Of a stretch of DNA of 64,000 bases, positions 59,244 to 64,000 are shown piece after piece. Within the stretch, counting starts at the first letter, position 1. Each line of letters opens with the position of its first letter. Made by a program: the position numbers and the translations under genes. The DNA comes from Azolla caroliniana (taxonomy: Eukaryota > Plantae > Polypodiophyta), in the NCBI GenBank assembly GCA_043228905.1, contig JBHGNT010000107.1, positions 20,364-84,363 of the forward strand, in the 5' to 3' direction. The notes beneath the pieces are model-generated. The model was not told the DNA's origin. It did no database searches and saw nothing but the letters and a program-made list of their open reading frames with translations.

Positions 59244-60545
59244 GTAAGCTGGCTATTCGGTTTTCTTCTAATTCCAACAACGTCGCCAGCCGGATTCGTT
59301 CAGACTGCTTCTCACTTAAGCGCTCCTTTACCTGGATCCGTAAGCTGGGGATCTAGAACTCTACCGACATGACCGCTTCTAAACCGAATGCTAGTCGGAA
59401 CAGGGTTGTCCGGATGCTGGTTTTGTACGTTGTTCGGTACGCCCATAGCGCGCTCTGTAATTTCGTATCCCAGTCGGTCCAGTTCTCGTTGACGATTTTT
59501 CGTAGGATGTTCTGCAGAGTTTTGTTCGTCGATTCCGCTAGTCCATTGGCTTGAGGGTAGTAGGGAGTACTTCTTTTATGTACCACCGCGTAAAATGACG
59601 TCAGGCTTTCTACTACCTGCCCGAGAAAGTGTCCTCCTTGGTCACTTATAAGCTCGATTGGGCATCCATACCGGCACCATATGCACACGTACAGGAACTT
59701 TGCCGTGGATGCGGCCGTGTTGTCCCGTAAAGCGTTCGCTTCTACCCATTTGGTGCAATAGTCGGTCGCCACTATGACATACCGATTTCCGGTTCGCATT
59801 GCCGGTGGCTTGAAGGGACCGACAAAGTCCAAACCGCACTTTTGAAATGGCAAGACCGGGTGGTGTGGCATCCGGGCCTGCTCCGTGGGTTGGCCCAGTC
59901 GTTGACACAAATCGCATTCTCTGCTATACTTCACGACATCTTTTAGGGTGGTGGGCCACCACAGTCCGCTCTGCCATATTTTCCAAGCGGTTGCGTCGCC
60001 AGCATAATGCCCGCCGGCAATTCCACAGTGGGCTTCCCTGAGGATTAGATCCTTCTCATCGCTCCGCACTGCTCGTCTCTAGATGCCATCTGCCCCCTTG
60101 TGATAGAGGGTGTCTCCAACCAAGCAGAAATGTCTGCTTCTTACTACTACCCTTTTCCTTTCATCGCGGTCCATGTTATCCGGGGGTACTCCGGTGCTCA
60201 GGAACTAATGCATCTCAGTTAGCCACGTGTCTTCATCGGCTACTGTTGCATCCGTTGCCGGTTCCGTCGTGATCCGGAACAACTCGGCGTCGGGGAACTC
60301 ATCCTGGACGCCGTCCCCTGCTTCTCCGGATTCGAGTCTGCTTAGATTGTCCGCTACCGCATGCTGCGCCCCGGGTCGGTGGAAAATGTCGAATTCAAAT
60401 TCCTGTAACAGCAGTGTCCATCGTGCAATTTTTCCCATCAGGGATGCCTTCGAGACCAGGTAGAGTAGTGCCGAATGGTCGACATGGAAGGAAAACTTCC
60501 TTCCAAGCAGATAGTGCCTGTACTTTGTGACACTATACACCATTC

Positions 60546-62261
60546 CTAATGCCTCGCGTTCCGTTCGGCTTTTGAGAGTTTCCGGCTTGCGTAGTACACC
60601 GGCCGGTACCATTTCGGCTCCGTGAGTTGCATCAGAACGCTGCCGATTGCTATGTCCGACGCGTCGACGAAGACGTGAAAGCTTTTACTCCAATCCGGCG
60701 GTTGCACCACCGGAGCTTGCGACAACATAACCTTCAACGCTTGGTAGGCTTTCTCCTCCGTCTCCGCCCATAGGAAGGGTACCCTGTGTACGGTGGTATG
60801 CAAAGGTGTAGCGAAGTCTGCGAGGTATCGTATCATCCGGCTATGCCACCTTATTTGGCCCAGGAACCGGCTTAAAGCCTTTGCGTTATTTGGTGCTGGT
60901 GCCTCGAGAATCGCCTTTACTTTATCCGGATCTACCGCGATTCCTTCCTTACTCACAACGTGCCCTAGTAAGTTGCCGCTTGCCACTCCAAAGACGCACT
61001 TGGCCGGGTTCAGACTCAACCGGTACTCGCGGCACTTCTCCAAGCACAGCCGGAGGTGATCGAGATGCTCTCCGTGCCGGTTGTAGACCGCGAAATCGTC
61101 AAGGAAGACCTGCATAAAACCGGGGATATATTCCCCGAATATTTCCATTATGATCCTTTGAAAGGTCGCTAAGGCCGTCTTTAGTCCGAACATCATCACG
61201 ACCGCGACGAACACTCCCCATTCCGTAACGAACGCTGTCTTCTCCTGGTCGGCCGGGTTCATTCGTATTTGGTTATAGCCGCTAAATCCATCCAGGAAGC
61301 TGTAAACTTCGTGGCCGGCTACCGCATCTAACACCCCGTCCGTAAATGGTAGTGGAAACGCATCGATCACTGTTGCGGCATTTAGTTTGCGGTAGTCCAC
61401 GCATACCCGGATTTTGCCGTTCTTTTTCGGGACCACCATTATCGGACTCAGCCAGGTTGCCTGCTTGACCGGTCGGATAAATCTGACCCGGAGGAGCTTA
61501 TCAATCTCCTCCTTCACCTTCGCCGCATAATTCGGATTCATCCGGTACCTGCGTTGAGCGATCGGTTTCGCGTCCGTACTTAGGTGAATTTGGTGCTGAT
61601 AGAGCTGGGGGTCCAGCCCTCGCATGTCTTCGTACGACCACGCGAACACATCCTTGAAGTCTGTTAATAATGCTACCATTGCCTTCTTTTCTTCCTTCGG
61701 CAATTCCTTTGCGACATTTACCGGTCGGGGTTTGTCTGTTGTGCTGAGGTTCACCTCCTCTAGTTGGGATGCTTTTACCCTCTGGGATATCGTCATTTCC
61801 CTCTCTAGGCATTCCTGCGCTTGTCGCAGTTCCCGGATCGCCGCTTGGTCCGGTTCGTCCGGCGTTGTGATGTACGGTTCTACTGCCGCCGTGATATCCA
61901 CCTCAAATAGTGGGACGATTTGTGGGTGTTCCTCGAGGTACCGCTCCACTTCCTCGTCCCGTAATCCCTCCAACATGTTAATGCTTTCCGCATACAATGG
62001 AGTTGCTTCCTTACTGGTGATCACCCGTGGTTGCGTCGTTACTCCTACCTTTGTTTTCCCTCGCCGGAATGTGATCATGTTCTTTTGCCAGTTTTGCTTG
62101 ATATGCGCCGTTCCCAGCCATGGTCGTCCTAGCAGTAGGGGGTACGCGCCTTGTACATTCAGTTGCAGCACCACGGCCGATATCCGGAATACGTGGCCTC
62201 CGATCGTTACTTCCAAATCCTGGATAAGCCCGGTCGGTCGGACTGAGCTGGTATCCGCCAT
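60546..62261 (-). pseudogene. pol: Gypsy I protease C-terminus, RT and RNase H
   Basis: RVCVDYRKLN, FLDDF and VDASD motifs; closely similar to 22087-23820. Confidence 0.92.
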
Positions 62262-62315
62262 GCGTAACCAGAAGGGGCATGGTTCCCATTCCCGAATGCC
62301 CAGGTTATCGCATGT

Positions 62316-63838
62316 CTATCGGCTGATGACATTTACCCCAGAGCCTCCGTCAATAATCGTTCCAGCAATTTCCTTTCCTTTCACGATTGCCGTGATCGCC
62401 GGGCTACTTGTATCGACCACCGTTGGTCCTTCCTCCGGGTTGGAGAAGAATGCCGGTGATGGCGTCGGCTTCGGTTTGCTCACGGATGCCTGTAAGTCTG
62501 TCGTAAACCGTGGCACCAACTGTAGTAGTCGTGCTAATGGCAGCAGGATTTGACAGTCCTGTAGTGCTTGCCACGTCGGGTTTTCTCTTGGCTGTATGAT
62601 TTCTTCGTCTTTTGGCATATTTTGGTCTCTTACTTCTACCGCATTCTGTTCATTGGCCTCCTTGATCCATTGCGCCGCTTGTTTTCTGATTTCCTCCTGG
62701 GCTTCCCACTCGGCGGTCTTTCCCTTTGACCGGGTTGTGACCTGCTGTACTTCTGTTATTTCGGTTGTAACCATGTTGACTGCCGGCTGCTTGTCATTGG
62801 TTTTGCTTGGGCATTGGTTACTATAATGGCCTTCCTTACGACAGTAATAACAGTACACCTTGTGACTGTTGCTCGTTTCTCCTTTGTCCCCGATTTGGAG
62901 GGTGGGTATAATTCGGCGGTCGTCTTCGGTTTTTCGGTTATCCGGTACCGATACCGGGTTGTCATTCCTTGCTGCCTCCCGACGTTCCTCTCTTCGGAAA
63001 AATCCACGCTTCTGATTCCGTCGGAAATTTCGGTTCCCTTGTCGCCTCTCTTCTCTGCGTCGTTCGTATTCCGGGGATTCGTCTCGGTCGTACCGGTCCC
63101 GGGGGTAGCTATCTCTGCGTTTCTCCTCTCGGTCATAGTTATCGCGTCTTCTATTAGCGTATCTGTTACCGCATTCGCGTTGGTAGCGGTCGTCTCTCCG
63201 GAATCGATCCTCATCCGGGTTCTGATTGCGCGGTTCTATGTGTCGAACCGGTGCTGCCTGCCGATTTAACAGGTTATATCCGCATCGGTCCGTTGTATGG
63301 GCTCGAGAGTTGCAGATCATACATTGTGTCTGCAGGGTGCAGTCTACCGTTGAGTGCCCCGAATTTAGGCATGTTGTGCATTGTAAGGCCTGTCGGAACC
63401 TCAGGTCTTCCTCCTTCGGGAGTGCCCGGTGTAACATCCCCATCGACAAGAAGGAGCTAGTCTTGTCCATTTCTAAGACCCGATCAATAACTTGGTCCAT
63501 TGTGCTGGTGCGGAAATTAAGGACTCCGCACATTGTTCGAAGTGGCTCTTTCAGCGCGGCCAAAAAGACTGCTTTGGCTTCGTCTTGGGGTGGTGCTCTC
63601 GTCAGTTGGCTGTGCAGGGTCTGAAACCGAATGATGAATTGTGGCACAGTCTCATTCTCTTCCTGCTGGGTGGTGTAGAACTGCCCGACCAATTCCCTTT
63701 GCTCAACTTGTCTGTGAAAAAGCCTGAGGAATTTGTCCTTCAAGGCATCGAATGTGGCAAAGCTACCCGATAAGTGCTTTGCGTGCCATCGGGCCGCCAG
63801 TCCTTCTAAGGTCATGCCGAATTCGGCGACTTTGGATC
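62316..63838 (-). pseudogene. gag: Gypsy I gag (three CCHC-type knuckles) continuing in frame into protease
   Basis: CTTCLNSGHSTVDC, CMICNSRAHTTDRC, CYYCRKEGHYSNQC and IIDGGSGVNVIS. Confidence 0.9.
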
Positions 63839-64000
63839 CATGTCTCCCAAAGACTGACGGAGCCCGAAGCCGAACGATCCAAAGTCGCCGAATTCGGCAT
63901 GACCTTAGAAGGACCGGCGGCCCGATGGCACGCAAAGCACTTACCGGGCAGCTTTGCCACATTCGATGCCTTGAAGGCCAAATTCCTCAGGCTTTTTCAC
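63714..64000. repeat. Foldback inverted repeat (arms 63714-63838 and 63876-64000, 37-nt spacer), running off the window
   Basis: The arms are reverse complements with about 4 mismatches in 125 nt. The plus strand from 63839 encodes gag HVSQRLTEPEAERSKVAEFG. Confidence 0.93.

Larger units (their letters stand above)
54375..63838 (-). mobile_element. Non-chromovirus gypsy, family D (copy 'I'): gag-pol, extra ORF and 3' LTR; 5' end lost at a foldback
   Basis: Gag-PR 62316-63838, RT-RH 60205-62261, IN 59250-60069 and 58158-58620, extra ORF 54789-57765. LTR 54375 to about 54745 ends ACAACA inside copia RH. Confidence 0.92.

Noticed and set aside
63839-63962. N-terminal 40 aa of ORF 62316-63962 as the real gag start
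   Set aside because: It is antisense read-through of the inverted arm across the foldback junction.

Overview
This window is eukaryotic repeat-dense DNA, most likely from a non-seed land plant such as a fern, lycophyte or moss. That assignment is inferred from plant-type snRNA USE/TATA promoters, plant-type tRNA-Val, a Tcn1/Tf1-like chromovirus and GA/CT microsatellites. No intact host protein gene is recognisable. Most of the window is nested LTR retrotransposons: a young full-length chromovirus (807-6577, TSD ATATC) and a truncated second copy, three pieces of a non-chromovirus Ty3/gypsy family with a large extra ORF after pol, several Ty1/copia families, and solo LTRs. Non-LTR content comprises two U3 snoRNA genes in an old inverted duplication (one apparently intact, one decayed), three decayed tRNA-Val genes, a hAT MITE, and a decayed Sola2-like DNA transposase. 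The transposase intron and neighbouring non-coding DNA are packed with a TTAGTAYT motif, including a 72-bp tandem array. The main leads are: (i) this motif array next to a possible accessory gene, resembling VANDAL/VANC organisation; (ii) tRNA-independent self-priming and a -1 frameshift cassette in the chromovirus; (iii) conserved extra coding capacity in the gypsy and copia families; (iv) several non-integrase rearrangement junctions. Family letters A-I are my own labels. All calls were made by eye and no searches were run.
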